Source: a virus
Taxonomy: Duplodnaviria > Caudoviricetes
IMG/VR virus record: IMGVR_UViG_3300042350_003801
Reading direction: 5' to 3' (one strand)
Length of the DNA: 64,000 nucleotides
Position numbers and translations under genes: made by a program. The notes under the pieces were generated by a model. The model had not been told where the DNA came from. It made no database searches and was given only the letters and a program-made list of their open reading frames with translations. Of this stretch, positions 40,671 to 50,819 are shown one piece after another (the stretch's first letter is position 1; each line of letters opens with the position of its first letter).

Positions 40671-41063
40671 TTAGGAGTTTTGCACTCTCCTCGCTGCCCG
40701 TTGCGCACTTCTTGCTCGGGCTTTTTCAGCTTTTTCTCTTTTCTCTTTCTGTGTAGGATCTTGTCGTTGGGCAGCTAGAATTTCGGCGGCTTTAGCTAAT
40801 TTTGCATTTTTGTCTTGTTCAGCGGTTTGAGATGCTTGTTGGGCTTCTCTCTGTCTTTTAATGTCTAGCTGAGCCGCCGAGGCAGTAGTTCCGGTTCCAG
40901 CAGGTAGATTTGAAAGGCGTTGGGTTCTATCTTTCTCTTCTTTACTTCTTCTCGTTGAAGAGACATTTATTGTTCCGTGTGCTCCCCGTAGAAACCGCCC
41001 AGAGCCTTTAATATCTCTTTGAGATGCGTGAGCTTCACCAAAAAACTGTTCAAATGTTTTCAT
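40671..41063 (-). CDS. basic protein with a capsid-targeting-like N-terminus
   Basis: MKTFEQFFGE start; Arg/Ala/Gln-rich. Confidence 0.6.
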   Translation of the reverse strand: MKTFEQFFGEAHASQRDIKGSGRFLRGAHGTINVSSTRRSKEEKDRTQRLSNLPAGTGTTASAAQLDIKRQREAQQASQTAEQDKNAKLAKAAEILAAQRQDPTQKEKREKAEKARARSAQRAARRVQNS

Positions 41064-42307
41064 TCTTCTTTCTTATTAGGAAGACCTTTATGCTTAGTCG
41101 CGGCAAACTTACGAATTTCTGCCCCGGACATACCATCAACAATTTCTAAAACTTTATCGCTGACTTTTGAGCGGGAAACTTCTCCGCGCTTAACGGAAAG
41201 TGCCAAGCCAAAGATTTTTTGCTGCTGCTCGCTTGTTGCTTTTTCTACAAGAAAGTCATATCTTTCAGTCAATTGGCCTAGAGTGCAATCAGAAAGGTCG
41301 TAGCCTTCATCCATTAACCGCTCAACCCATTCTCTAAATTCTGGCTTATAGAAAGCAGCCTTAAGAGCAGCCCCAATTTGTCCGCCAAATCCTTTACCAG
41401 AGGCTTTTGCTTTTTTGCTAGCTTCTCTTGCCCTAATGTCTCTATCAATTCCTTCTCTTGCAGATTGGGCTAAAGTTGAAAATACTCCTCTTGTTACATT
41501 TTTAAGTTTCTCTTTATTTGCACCGGGAGCTTTCTTAGATTCAGGTTGCTGGCTTACTGCAGCTTTAACGGCTTCATCACCTTTACTTTGAGTCATCCTC
41601 TTAGCGAGGACTTCTTTATGTTTTTCCTTACTCTCAGCGTTTAGAGCTTTTCGTTTTGCCTCAAGAGCCTTAAGTTCAGCGGGAGTTCTTTTAGTCTTAG
41701 TTGCTTCAGTAAGAATACTATCTTCGGCAACATAGAGCACATACTCCAGAAACTTTTCTTCACCAAGATAATCAATAACCATTTCAAGGCCGTGTTCATT
41801 TAGACCTTTACTCGCAAAATATTCAGCAGCAAAGTTTGAGGTTTCTACAATAAATTCTTCAGATAATTCTTGAGTATCAATAATTGCGAACTTTTCAGTA
41901 ACAGTGGGATTTATAGTAATCTTATTTTTAACTGGCTTTTCTGAAATTTGTTCCCGGCCAATATCTCTCACCTTTGGTTCTGGTTCAAGTTTTGAGATTA
42001 CTTCATAGAGGTCATCTCTCCAGCTAGAAAATGACTCCGTTTTCATATCATCTTCTTTTTTACTCTTTTTCTTTTTATCTCCGTCTTCTGTTGCATCCCT
42101 AATTGCTCTATCTTTTACGCCAGCATATTCATCGGATTCATCTTCAACTTCACCGTCGCCGTCATAATCTTTGCTTTTTTTACCAGTCTTTTTATATTTC
42201 TTTTCAAACTTTTCACCGTAATCTTTATCTTCTTTTTCTTCATTAAGAATCTGAGTAAGATAAATATTTTTCATTTCAGAAAAACCTTGAATAATGCGGT
42301 CAGACAT
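41060..42307 (-). CDS. charged low-complexity late protein, possible head internal protein
   Basis: Lys/Glu-rich blocks; LMDEGYDLSD-type motif. Confidence 0.55.
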   Translation of the reverse strand: MSDRIIQGFSEMKNIYLTQILNEEKEDKDYGEKFEKKYKKTGKKSKDYDGDGEVEDESDEYAGVKDRAIRDATEDGDKKKKSKKEDDMKTESFSSWRDDLYEVISKLEPEPKVRDIGREQISEKPVKNKITINPTVTEKFAIIDTQELSEEFIVETSNFAAEYFASKGLNEHGLEMVIDYLGEEKFLEYVLYVAEDSILTEATKTKRTPAELKALEAKRKALNAESKEKHKEVLAKRMTQSKGDEAVKAAVSQQPESKKAPGANKEKLKNVTRGVFSTLAQSAREGIDRDIRAREASKKAKASGKGFGGQIGAALKAAFYKPEFREWVERLMDEGYDLSDCTLGQLTERYDFLVEKATSEQQQKIFGLALSVKRGEVSRSKVSDKVLEIVDGMSGAEIRKFAATKHKGLPNKKEE

Positions 42308-42332
42308 ATTACGTTTATTAAGAACTTATGAA

Positions 42333-43559
42333 CTATTTAGACTTTTTCTTGCTCTTTCTATAATTGGTCAAGAAATTTGTAATCTCTTTTGTATTCGTCA
42401 TTTTCATTGCATACTTACGAAGAGAATCCGTTCCAACTAAACGCTGGTCAGATGGAACACCAGAAACATCGGTCCACTCGGTAATGTCTTTAATCCAAGA
42501 CTTAAACATTATATTATCTTCTGTGACACAAATAACATAATTTGGCCCACGTCTTGTAATTCTACCAACTAGACCTGTATTGAGATTCTCTACAATGTCT
42601 TCAATGTTAAAAATATTATTTTGGTAGTATTGCTCTTTTAGATTTTCATAATCAAGTTTAGGGGCGATTTTCCACATCTCTGCAACCGTTCCATCACCTT
42701 CAAGGCCACGTTGAACAGCGTGAAACAAATTCTCTACTTCTTTAGGTGGCATTGTTCTGGGAATACCGGCCCGAAACTCAGTGAAGTCATCAGAAACTGC
42801 AGCTTTTCTTAATTTTGCAGATGACATACTTGTTATATCATCCGTTGAATCTGGATCTCTATTACCAGCAGAAATGACTTTAATTTCTTCAAAATTATAA
42901 ATATCTTTTTCTTTATTGTGCTTATTTGCAAGTCGTTCAAATTCTGATACCCTATCGGCTCCTACAATAATATTAACTTTTTTAAAGCCATCTTCATAGA
43001 TATTTCTTAGAACTTCATAAATGGTTGTTAATGAACGGTCATTAACAATTTTCTTTTTAAATTCCGGGAACATCTTCCGCATATATTTAATCTTCTGCGG
43101 AGGATTCAAAGGATCTGTAGTGGTATTCTGCTGTCTTGAGGGATAGATTCTTAGTTCTCCCCCGGATGCAACCTGTTTTGCCTTATCAAAAACTTTTTTA
43201 TGTCCAATTGTCGGTGGATTGAATCTTCCCAGGACGATCGTGATTACCTTTTCGGTTTCCACTTCTGGTGCAGATTCCTGTTCTTTGGGGGCGGTAATGC
43301 CAGGGCGAATGCCGCCTTGAGCCGGTTTAACTTTCGGGGCTTCTCTTTCTGCTGCTGGATTTATTTTGGCTTCCGGTTTTTCAGGTGATGGAGACTTTTT
43401 CTGAACAAACTGAAGGTCACCACTTACTGTTTGGGCAATAAGTTTCCCGGCACGGTCAACCCAGCCACCATGCTTGTTTGAAATTAGGCCGAGTCTGGAG
43501 GCTTTTTCACTTGCTCGGCTTCCACGGTATTCTAGTAGAAATTCTAGAAATGTCTTCAT
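42333..43559 (-). CDS. cytidyltransferase-like (HxGH-class nucleotidyltransferase) protein
   Basis: GRFNPPTIGH, VGADR, MSSAKLR; MKTFLEFLLE start. Confidence 0.85.
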   Translation of the reverse strand: MKTFLEFLLEYRGSRASEKASRLGLISNKHGGWVDRAGKLIAQTVSGDLQFVQKKSPSPEKPEAKINPAAEREAPKVKPAQGGIRPGITAPKEQESAPEVETEKVITIVLGRFNPPTIGHKKVFDKAKQVASGGELRIYPSRQQNTTTDPLNPPQKIKYMRKMFPEFKKKIVNDRSLTTIYEVLRNIYEDGFKKVNIIVGADRVSEFERLANKHNKEKDIYNFEEIKVISAGNRDPDSTDDITSMSSAKLRKAAVSDDFTEFRAGIPRTMPPKEVENLFHAVQRGLEGDGTVAEMWKIAPKLDYENLKEQYYQNNIFNIEDIVENLNTGLVGRITRRGPNYVICVTEDNIMFKSWIKDITEWTDVSGVPSDQRLVGTDSLRKYAMKMTNTKEITNFLTNYRKSKKKSK

Positions 43560-43578
43560 TATATCTTATATTTACTCC

Positions 43579-44334
43579 TTATTTATTGGGGTTTTTAGGT
43601 TGAATACCAACAACTCTTTGTATCCTATTAGTTCCCGTTCTTAGTTGCCGTTGAGTTACGTTTGCTTCAGTTCTTGATGGGTTTCCTCTGGGACTAATTG
43701 AACGTTGCGAGGATTGATTATCCGCTTGAGATGGTAAACGTCTTACCGGTTTTACTGGGTTACCTGAGACTGATTCTGGCGGTTTAGTTGCTTGTTTGGA
43801 TTTTTTCTTTTCAGTTGGAGCAGAATCTCTTCTAGATAAATTATCAGACTCGTCTCTACTGTATCTCTGAGATGGGGTTCCACCCACTTTTGCACCAACA
43901 TTAATAGTTGAACTAATGTTAGGATTGAAAACTTGTGAAGAGTTTTGACCGGGTTTCACTCCTTTAAAAGAAGTAGTTGTTGGGGAAAAATCAGATTGTG
44001 AGATAAGCGGTGAACCTCTCCCAGTTGTAACTTTAGAGTGAGGTTTATTTGGATTTTCTCCAGCCCTTGCTAGGATTTGATTAGCCGCTGCAGTTCTCCC
44101 CCTTTGACCCAATGTTGGTAGTTCTCCACCTCTAGGATTCGGTCTATCTTTTTGAGCACCAGAAGTTGACCGATAAGGATCAACCGCTCTATTTTGTGCT
44201 CTTCTTGTTTCAATTTGTCCTCTGCGACTCGCTCGTTCTTCTGGAGATAGAGCCTCATTTAAAATATAATCAAAAAACCATCCCTGTTTTGTTGCGGCCC
44301 CCGCTTCGGTTAAGAAATCGTCAAAAGTTTTCAT
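43579..44334 (-). CDS. Arg/Ser/Pro-rich protein with a capsid-targeting-like N-terminus
   Basis: MKTFDDFLTE start. Confidence 0.55.
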   Translation of the reverse strand: MKTFDDFLTEAGAATKQGWFFDYILNEALSPEERASRRGQIETRRAQNRAVDPYRSTSGAQKDRPNPRGGELPTLGQRGRTAAANQILARAGENPNKPHSKVTTGRGSPLISQSDFSPTTTSFKGVKPGQNSSQVFNPNISSTINVGAKVGGTPSQRYSRDESDNLSRRDSAPTEKKKSKQATKPPESVSGNPVKPVRRLPSQADNQSSQRSISPRGNPSRTEANVTQRQLRTGTNRIQRVVGIQPKNPNK

Positions 44335-44735
44335 TTTTGCCTTTTAGTTTTTCCCTTTAATGCTGCACCAACCTTTGCTCTAGCTGAAGGCTGAATTTCA
44401 GCTAATCTCCGGGAAATAGACTGAATAGATGAATCATCACCTTTCTGCATTGCAGTTCGCATTTGCCCGCGAAGTCTCGCAAGTTCTCCTGCAACTTCAC
44501 TATCTTCAGATGCTTCAACGATAGAATCAATCCATTGCTCGCTCATATTAGCCATAAGAACCTGGGCATCTTCAATAGTATCGGCGAAACCTTCACCTAG
44601 TAGGTGTTCTAGAACTACGTCGTATAGGTCATATTCGTATGAGGTATTAAGTTCGCCCACTTCTTCACTAAGAACATCCTGGCGGTAAACATCACCATAA
44701 GATTGATATAGTTCCCAAAACTGACTGCCGTTCAT
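44331..44735 (-). CDS. late hypothetical protein
   Basis: YDLYDVVLEHLLGEGFA...MANMSEQW domain resembles the C-terminus of 32107-33276; late promoter at about 44758-44763. Confidence 0.6.
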   Translation of the reverse strand: MNGSQFWELYQSYGDVYRQDVLSEEVGELNTSYEYDLYDVVLEHLLGEGFADTIEDAQVLMANMSEQWIDSIVEASEDSEVAGELARLRGQMRTAMQKGDDSSIQSISRRLAEIQPSARAKVGAALKGKTKRQK

Positions 44736-45082
44736 TTGATTAGTTAAAATACTCTAACTATTTAGAATATTAAAAAAGGACAGCAATTTGCCGTCCTTTG
44801 GATTATTATTGATTTGTTACAAATTTAAAAAATCTTTCCGCGACTGTAAGAATATCATCCACTGTGGCTTCATTATCTCCGTTTCTACCTTTTGCGATTT
44901 CTCTAGCCACGTAAATTATATCAAGTTTAAGTCTATAGCGTTGTAGTTCGTCCATTTTTTTACCTCAAAGATTTGTAAGTTGGTCAATTACTTTACGAAT
45001 CCGAACAATCCGTTCAGGAGTGTGCTCGGTTCCATAGCCCCGTTGATGTTCAATAAGAACATCACGAATATCTGTTGCTTCT

Positions 45083-45763
45083 TCAGTTGTTAGATTCAGT
45101 TTGTGTGTTTGCGGTTTCATCTTCTACCTGTCCATATCTTAGTTTATATTTATTGAATTTTTTATTTTTTAAAACACTGTATAGTACGCAATTTTTTAAA
45201 TTTGAAAAATATTCTACCAATTCTTCCTTACTATCAAAAACGATACTATTAACCATATAAGGTTTATGATTATAAGAAAATGTTGAAGATTTTGAGAACC
45301 CAATAAAATAATCTTTGATGGCATCAATAATTTCTAATGATTCTTCTCTAGAATACATCTCTTGATCCATAGAAGTTAAATCGCTCAAAAAAACTTCTAA
45401 ATATTCTTCAAAATTTCTTGTGAAGTTATACTCTTTTTCCGGTAGGGGTTCATCTTCCCATTTTCCATCTAAAGTGGAATCGTTTCTAAGTGCTCGTTGT
45501 TTAATTTCTTCAAACTCTTTAAGGTCATTTGAAATCTTATCATTAATGACACACTGAATTTTGTAAACATTTGTAGAATAATCAATTGCAGTTTCATCCT
45601 CAAGAAGATGCTCAACAGTATTACCAATGTCACTAGCAAAATAACTATAAGCATCAAGAATAAGATTTGTAGTTAAACCATCTTTATTTTTTCTATCTAA
45701 AAATTCTTGTAGTCGTTTTTTAGACTCTTCTTCTATATGTTTTATGAATTCTTGAGCATTCAT
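45083..45763 (-). CDS. AT-rich hypothetical protein
   Basis: ORF track. Confidence 0.55.
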   Translation of the reverse strand: MNAQEFIKHIEEESKKRLQEFLDRKNKDGLTTNLILDAYSYFASDIGNTVEHLLEDETAIDYSTNVYKIQCVINDKISNDLKEFEEIKQRALRNDSTLDGKWEDEPLPEKEYNFTRNFEEYLEVFLSDLTSMDQEMYSREESLEIIDAIKDYFIGFSKSSTFSYNHKPYMVNSIVFDSKEELVEYFSNLKNCVLYSVLKNKKFNKYKLRYGQVEDETANTQTESNN

Positions 45764-46170
45764 ACATCACATTCCTTACGGTTTTCAGAACGGCTTGCGA
45801 CAAATGTTCCCTCGGGATAACGAGCCGATAGTTTTTCAAAGTTCATCTGAATTACCTCATCTAGAGATACACCTAATGCAGTACAGGCCATTTGAACGTA
45901 AAATTGCACATCTCCTAATTCTTTCTTCAATTTAGTAATATTCTCTTCGTTATATGGTTTGGATTGCCATAAAATCTTCTTTATAAGGTCGGTAAACTCC
46001 CCAGCCTCTGCAACAATACCGTGAGATGCGGTAAGAAGTTGTGGGACGCTTACACCTTGTTCTTGTAGTTCGTCAATTCTGGCCTTAAGAACTTCAACAT
46101 CGGAAGAAGTCTTTGAAGTTACTTGAGTAACAAAATTTGCATATTCAGTTGTGGTGATTTGTTGTGTCAT
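45760..46170 (-). CDS. mazG: MazG-like NTP pyrophosphohydrolase
   Basis: HGIVAEAGEFTDLIKK...KELGDVQFY. Confidence 0.9.
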   Translation of the reverse strand: MTQQITTTEYANFVTQVTSKTSSDVEVLKARIDELQEQGVSVPQLLTASHGIVAEAGEFTDLIKKILWQSKPYNEENITKLKKELGDVQFYVQMACTALGVSLDEVIQMNFEKLSARYPEGTFVASRSENRKECDV

Positions 46171-46181
46171 AATGTTTTCAA

Positions 46182-46643
46182 TCAGTTAGGATTAGTTGTT
46201 TCGGTATTAATAATTAAAAATTTATCTATAGAGATATATTCAATTACGGGTGGTACTTCTAGTTTTTTTCCAGTATATTCGGAAATATCATTGAGTTCTT
46301 CTTGGGCCAAGAGTGATTTCAAAGTTCCCTCGCGCTCAGATTTTTCTTCAGGCGACAAAACGCGGCTATAATACCCAAAGAATCCATAATTATTGGAGCT
46401 ATGGTTAGTATCACTATCGCAACGTAAAATTTGTTCTTCAATTCCAGACATAGTTGAGAACAAAAGTTTACTAGGTATCTCAATATTCAAATTATTTAAT
46501 TTTTCGGCTAGATAATCTTTTTCTATTTCTTTTGTAGTTTTTGAATTTGGATGGTATTCAATTTCAAGATTTTCATTCTCATTGAAAGTGTCAAGAAGCA
46601 TTTGTCGCGTTTTTTCAGAGATGGTATACATAATTTCAATCAA
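46182..46643 (-). CDS. hypothetical protein
   Basis: ORF track. Confidence 0.5.
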   Translation of the reverse strand: MIEIMYTISEKTRQMLLDTFNENENLEIEYHPNSKTTKEIEKDYLAEKLNNLNIEIPSKLLFSTMSGIEEQILRCDSDTNHSSNNYGFFGYYSRVLSPEEKSEREGTLKSLLAQEELNDISEYTGKKLEVPPVIEYISIDKFLIINTETTNPN

Positions 46644-47067
46644 AGTTAAAGTTTTTGAATTTGGATTTGAAGTCTTTCTTTTCTGGTTCTAAATCTACTA
46701 TTTCTACAAGTGTGTCCTGGGCTTCTTGCTCTACATCATACAGCCTCATCTTTGCCCTATCTATGCCAACCGTAAACCGACGATATGGGTCTAGTGCTCC
46801 GTAACGATTCTTGAGTTGTTTAACAAGAATCTGATTAAGACCTTCTAGTTCTTCGGTTGAAATAAGACCAAACATATAATCAACAGTATGTGTAATACCA
46901 ATACTTTCAGATGTATCCGAGAGGTTTAAGTCTGAACTGGAAATTGCACTATTATGAGTTAAAATATTATTAGCAAAAAATAAATTATCGCCAGATACCT
47001 CAATATCTATAGTTTCTTCAATTCCAATTTTCTCAATAGAAACAATCTCATCTACAAAAATTTGCAT
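46636..47067 (-). CDS. gp41: gp41 helicase C-terminal fragment fused to a C-intein (IntC 46951-47067, 39 aa)
   Basis: IDIEVSGDNLFFANNILTHN|SAI followed by SDTSESIG...KQLKNRYG. Confidence 0.95.
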   Translation of the reverse strand: MQIFVDEIVSIEKIGIEETIDIEVSGDNLFFANNILTHNSAISSSDLNLSDTSESIGITHTVDYMFGLISTEELEGLNQILVKQLKNRYGALDPYRRFTVGIDRAKMRLYDVEQEAQDTLVEIVDLEPEKKDFKSKFKNFNFD

Positions 47068-48422
47068 TTTTCATACTCCGTGAATTCCATTAAACTGAAC
47101 ATTTTTTCTAAGTCTTCTGTTATTTTCCAAGACCGAAGAATTAAAACATTGTAACCACGTTGCTCTGCTATCCATTTTTTAAAAAAATCTCTGTTATACT
47201 CAAAGTTGTTAATATTCTCTTTAGTGGCCATAAGTGTCGAATTGTAATCTATATCACTATGAAATTTAGCTCCATGATATTCTATTATTAAATTTGATTT
47301 TGGAATATAAAAATCATAGAAAAAGTATCTATTTTTGTTATATATTTTATGCTCATTTAAAGTTAGGAAAATTCCTATTTCGTCTTCTCTATAGAGACAT
47401 TTTTTACCTCTTTTTTTTAAAATTTCATTTAATTTATTAAAATAAAATAGAGATTCTTTTGAAAATTTAGAAATTTTTTTATTTCTTTCCCAGTGTATTT
47501 TTGATATGATTTCAAAAGATATATCTTCTGGGATATTTCTTTTTTCATAGTATTCAATACACATCGGATTGGCTTCTTTATGTCTTTTAATGAATTCTTC
47601 GTATTTTATCCGGCCATCTTTTTCCCCATATCTTGCTATAAATGAATGAATTGAATTATTATCCCATCTATTGAGAATTTCTATTCTTATTTCATCGTAA
47701 GATGCTCCTTCATTTAACATTTTTTTAATAAGAGTTTCTTTATTTAAAGATTTGGATTTTTTGTCATTCAACTCTTTAAATTTTTTTAACCCTTCTTCCT
47801 CACCGTATTTTAAAATTTTGGCGTTTAATGTATTATTTTCGCCCTGTTTTTTAGAAAAATCAATATAATGTTTTTCCCAGTCGTCACCATACCTTTTTTT
47901 AAATGCCCTTTTAGAAGTTCCGAATCCAGTAAAGTCCCAAAATTCTCTAAAAACTATGGGTCCTTCTATTTCACCGTGTCTTTTAATGCACATTTCAAGT
48001 GACATAGATTTTGATTTATTATATTCTTCATATTTTATTTTTCCATCAATTTCCCCATATTTTGTAATAAATTTTTCCAGTGTTTGTTTGCAATTGTTAT
48101 TTTTTTGTTCATATCTTCTTTTACCCTCTTCGTCACCATACCTAAGTTTAGATGCTTCCAGAGATGAGGAATCTTTACTATATTTTAATAGTTCAATTGT
48201 TCTTCCGTAAATATTATCCAATCCGAGATTAATTTGTTTGGAAATTACTTTCATTCTAGAATGTATTGAAAATTCTCCTCTATTATGACATTCAACTAAT
48301 TTTTTAAGGTCTTCTTCATACGAATCAATATTTTTCAGGCCGGACAAAATTTTTAATCTATCCATCAAATAAGGTAATTCCATTCTATTTTTATCGGCAA
48401 CACAATTATTTATGTAAAACAA
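47052..48422 (-). CDS. free-standing homing endonuclease, Vsr-like/PD-(D/E)XK C-terminus (likely start MELPY at 48383)
   Basis: YDFYIPKSNLIIEYHGAKFH; six (K/R)(Y/H)GxxxG-type repeats; sits between the split-intein halves. Confidence 0.8.
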   Translation of the reverse strand: MFYINNCVADKNRMELPYLMDRLKILSGLKNIDSYEEDLKKLVECHNRGEFSIHSRMKVISKQINLGLDNIYGRTIELLKYSKDSSSLEASKLRYGDEEGKRRYEQKNNNCKQTLEKFITKYGEIDGKIKYEEYNKSKSMSLEMCIKRHGEIEGPIVFREFWDFTGFGTSKRAFKKRYGDDWEKHYIDFSKKQGENNTLNAKILKYGEEEGLKKFKELNDKKSKSLNKETLIKKMLNEGASYDEIRIEILNRWDNNSIHSFIARYGEKDGRIKYEEFIKRHKEANPMCIEYYEKRNIPEDISFEIISKIHWERNKKISKFSKESLFYFNKLNEILKKRGKKCLYREDEIGIFLTLNEHKIYNKNRYFFYDFYIPKSNLIIEYHGAKFHSDIDYNSTLMATKENINNFEYNRDFFKKWIAEQRGYNVLILRSWKITEDLEKMFSLMEFTEYEKCKFL

Positions 48423-48436
48423 TATTTGCGTCGCCG
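48395..48436 (-). promoter_or_regulatory. late promoter inside a hairpin whose 3' arm is the endonuclease mRNA leader
   Basis: CGGCGACGCAA (48436-48426) pairs with TTGTGTTGCCG (48405-48395); TAAATA at 48407-48412. Confidence 0.7.
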
Positions 48437-48439
48437 TAA

Positions 48440-49765
48440 TTATTGTTTTACAAACAATTTATCTCCAACCGATAAGCCACTGAGTATATTCCTTTCCCCC
48501 ATAACAGTTGGAAAAATATGTTTATTTGAACAACGTATCTTTTTACCAGATTTCGTTGTAATTTCGTAAACTTGTTGTTTCTCAACCGCAAAAACATTTT
48601 TAACTATAACCGGTTTTGTATGAGATTCAATAATGTCACCCACTCTAATGTCTTTTATTGTAACAATTTCTCCTGAAGATTTAGTGACGTTTGTGTTTAA
48701 ACTCAAACACCTATTTGTTTGAGTTGCACTAATAACCGGAACATCAAACTCCACGGCAATTGAACGCACTTCTTCTGCAATAGATTTTACGATTGTATAG
48801 CTATTTGCCTGGCCATTATTTTTATAACGGCTGGAAGCACAGATATTTAGATAGTCAACGATAATCACATCAGGAGTAAATGACTTCTTCAGTTTTAGTT
48901 CATTGATAAATGCCCTAAAGTGACCGGCGTGTGCCGATACAGGAGGATACTCTTTAACAATTAATTTGCCTTGGGTTTTGGAAGATAGGCGCTTAACCTT
49001 TGAATCAAAATCAGATTTTGCAATCTTTGCGAAATCTTTAATGTCTACATCAAGAAGATTTGCATCAATTCTCTGAGCAATCTTTTTTTCCGACATTTCA
49101 AGAGTAATGTAAAGAACATTCTTACCTTGAAGAAGATATGATGCAGCAAAGTGGCACATTACCAAACTTTTTCCTATACCCGTAGAAGCAATGAGAACCG
49201 TAAGTGTTTTAGCTAAAAGACCACCATCAGTAATCCTATTAAAATAAGACAAGTCAAACGGTAGTTTTTCTTCTTTTAGAATATAAGATTCATAACGAGC
49301 ATCTGAATCTTCAAGATAATCGTGGCCAATATGACTATCAAAACTTACGGCAAGAGCATCACTAAGAATTGATGGAATTGCTTCTTTTGTAAGTTTTGAG
49401 TCGCTACCATCCGCAATCTGAATACATTCACGAATGGCAAGATAAACTGCCCTATCTTTACACCATTGTTCAGTTGTTTTTAGTAGCCATTCTTTCTCTG
49501 CTGGTTCATCGGAGAGACCAGAAACAATCTCTACAATATTTGCAAACGACTCCTCGTTTAAGTCGGTTCTTTTTTCCAACTCAATATAAAGAGATTCTTG
49601 AGTTGGAAGTGCATTGTATTCAACAACGAATGATGAAATTTCATCATAAAGGACCTTTTGCAAGGAGTCATTAAAGTATTCAGTTTTGATAAACGGAAGA
49701 ACTTTTCTTGTGAAGTCTTCATTGTATATTAAGTTTCTAAGAATTAGTGCTTCAGTTGTTTCCAT
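48440..49765 (-). CDS. gp41: gp41 replicative helicase N-terminal fragment fused to an N-intein (IntN 48443-48709, 89 aa)
   Basis: ASTGIGKS Walker A, IIVDYLNI, SATQTNR|CLSLNT. Confidence 0.95.
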   Translation of the reverse strand: METTEALILRNLIYNEDFTRKVLPFIKTEYFNDSLQKVLYDEISSFVVEYNALPTQESLYIELEKRTDLNEESFANIVEIVSGLSDEPAEKEWLLKTTEQWCKDRAVYLAIRECIQIADGSDSKLTKEAIPSILSDALAVSFDSHIGHDYLEDSDARYESYILKEEKLPFDLSYFNRITDGGLLAKTLTVLIASTGIGKSLVMCHFAASYLLQGKNVLYITLEMSEKKIAQRIDANLLDVDIKDFAKIAKSDFDSKVKRLSSKTQGKLIVKEYPPVSAHAGHFRAFINELKLKKSFTPDVIIVDYLNICASSRYKNNGQANSYTIVKSIAEEVRSIAVEFDVPVISATQTNRCLSLNTNVTKSSGEIVTIKDIRVGDIIESHTKPVIVKNVFAVEKQQVYEITTKSGKKIRCSNKHIFPTVMGERNILSGLSVGDKLFVKQ

Positions 49766-49771
49766 TCATTA

Positions 49772-50812
49772 TCATTCTTCGGTTTCTTCTTCTTCGTTTT
49801 CTACATTTAAACTTGAGCCATACTTAAACTTTTTCTGGGCATAAACATCAATCTGTTCTAGAACATCTTGTGTGAAGAAAGTTTCAGGATTATTCATAAT
49901 TTCTTTTTCCCAAAACTTCTTCTCACCAAAAACATAACGATTTCCAACTCGTTCAATAATACCACCTTCTACTGCAAGAGGCAATAGTCCATAATAGCGG
50001 TCAAGACCACGTTCATCATAGAATAACCTTACCTCTACATCACGATTTTCTCTGGATAGACGCGATTTTACTGTTTTAAATTTTAGAATAGCCCCAATAA
50101 CTTCTGTTCCCTCTTTTTCCTTTGATTTTGAAATAAACAAGATTGAAGATGCCGAAAATTTGAGACCTGAACCCCCCGACATATCTTTAGGGGAATACAT
50201 TGACATTGAACTATAAAGGTGATTATTTACTATCATAGGAACATTTGCTTCACCTAGCTTCAATGTTAACATCCTAAAAGCCCCTTTAATAAGTTGGGCC
50301 TTAGTCATATCCCTAGTATCCTTTTCATCTAAAGCATCTCCAATCTCTTTATTGGTAGAGAGCATACCTAGGGAATCTAAAACAATAAAAAAGGGTTTTC
50401 GCTCCACTTCAGGTTTCTTCAAATACATATCAATAATTTTAAGAGCCTTAGAGCGAAACTCTTCTACTGTTACAACATTACTGATAATCACTCTGTTAAC
50501 ATCAATTCCACGCTCTAATAGTAGAGTCTTATTGATTCCAGATTCAGTATCAAAATATAGACAAATTCCTTCTTCATTTTTATTAAGGAACTCTTTAACT
50601 ACATTTAGGGCAATAAATGTTTTACCACACGATTCATCGGCAGCTAAGGCGGTAATTCTCTTTTGTGAAATCCCACCAAAAATACTACCAGAAATTAGGG
50701 CATTAAGAACATAGGAGCCGGTATCTAAGAAAGTCTCGGCTTCCTTAATTTCGGAAGCGAGTTGAGTATATTCACTTTTAATTTCTTTTAAAATATCTTT
50801 TAAAAAGTCCAT
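49772..50812 (-). CDS. uvsX: RecA-like recombinase
   Basis: ADESCGKT, FDTES, VLDSLGML, MSGGSGLKFSAS. Confidence 0.95.
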   Translation of the reverse strand: MDFLKDILKEIKSEYTQLASEIKEAETFLDTGSYVLNALISGSIFGGISQKRITALAADESCGKTFIALNVVKEFLNKNEEGICLYFDTESGINKTLLLERGIDVNRVIISNVVTVEEFRSKALKIIDMYLKKPEVERKPFFIVLDSLGMLSTNKEIGDALDEKDTRDMTKAQLIKGAFRMLTLKLGEANVPMIVNNHLYSSMSMYSPKDMSGGSGLKFSASSILFISKSKEKEGTEVIGAILKFKTVKSRLSRENRDVEVRLFYDERGLDRYYGLLPLAVEGGIIERVGNRYVFGEKKFWEKEIMNNPETFFTQDVLEQIDVYAQKKFKYGSSLNVENEEEETEE

Positions 50813-50819
50813 ACGTTAA

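Noticed and set aside
47052-48422. Frameshift or sequencing error breaking gp41
   Set aside because: Both halves have proper intein motifs and their own stop and start, and an intact ORF with a late promoter separates them.
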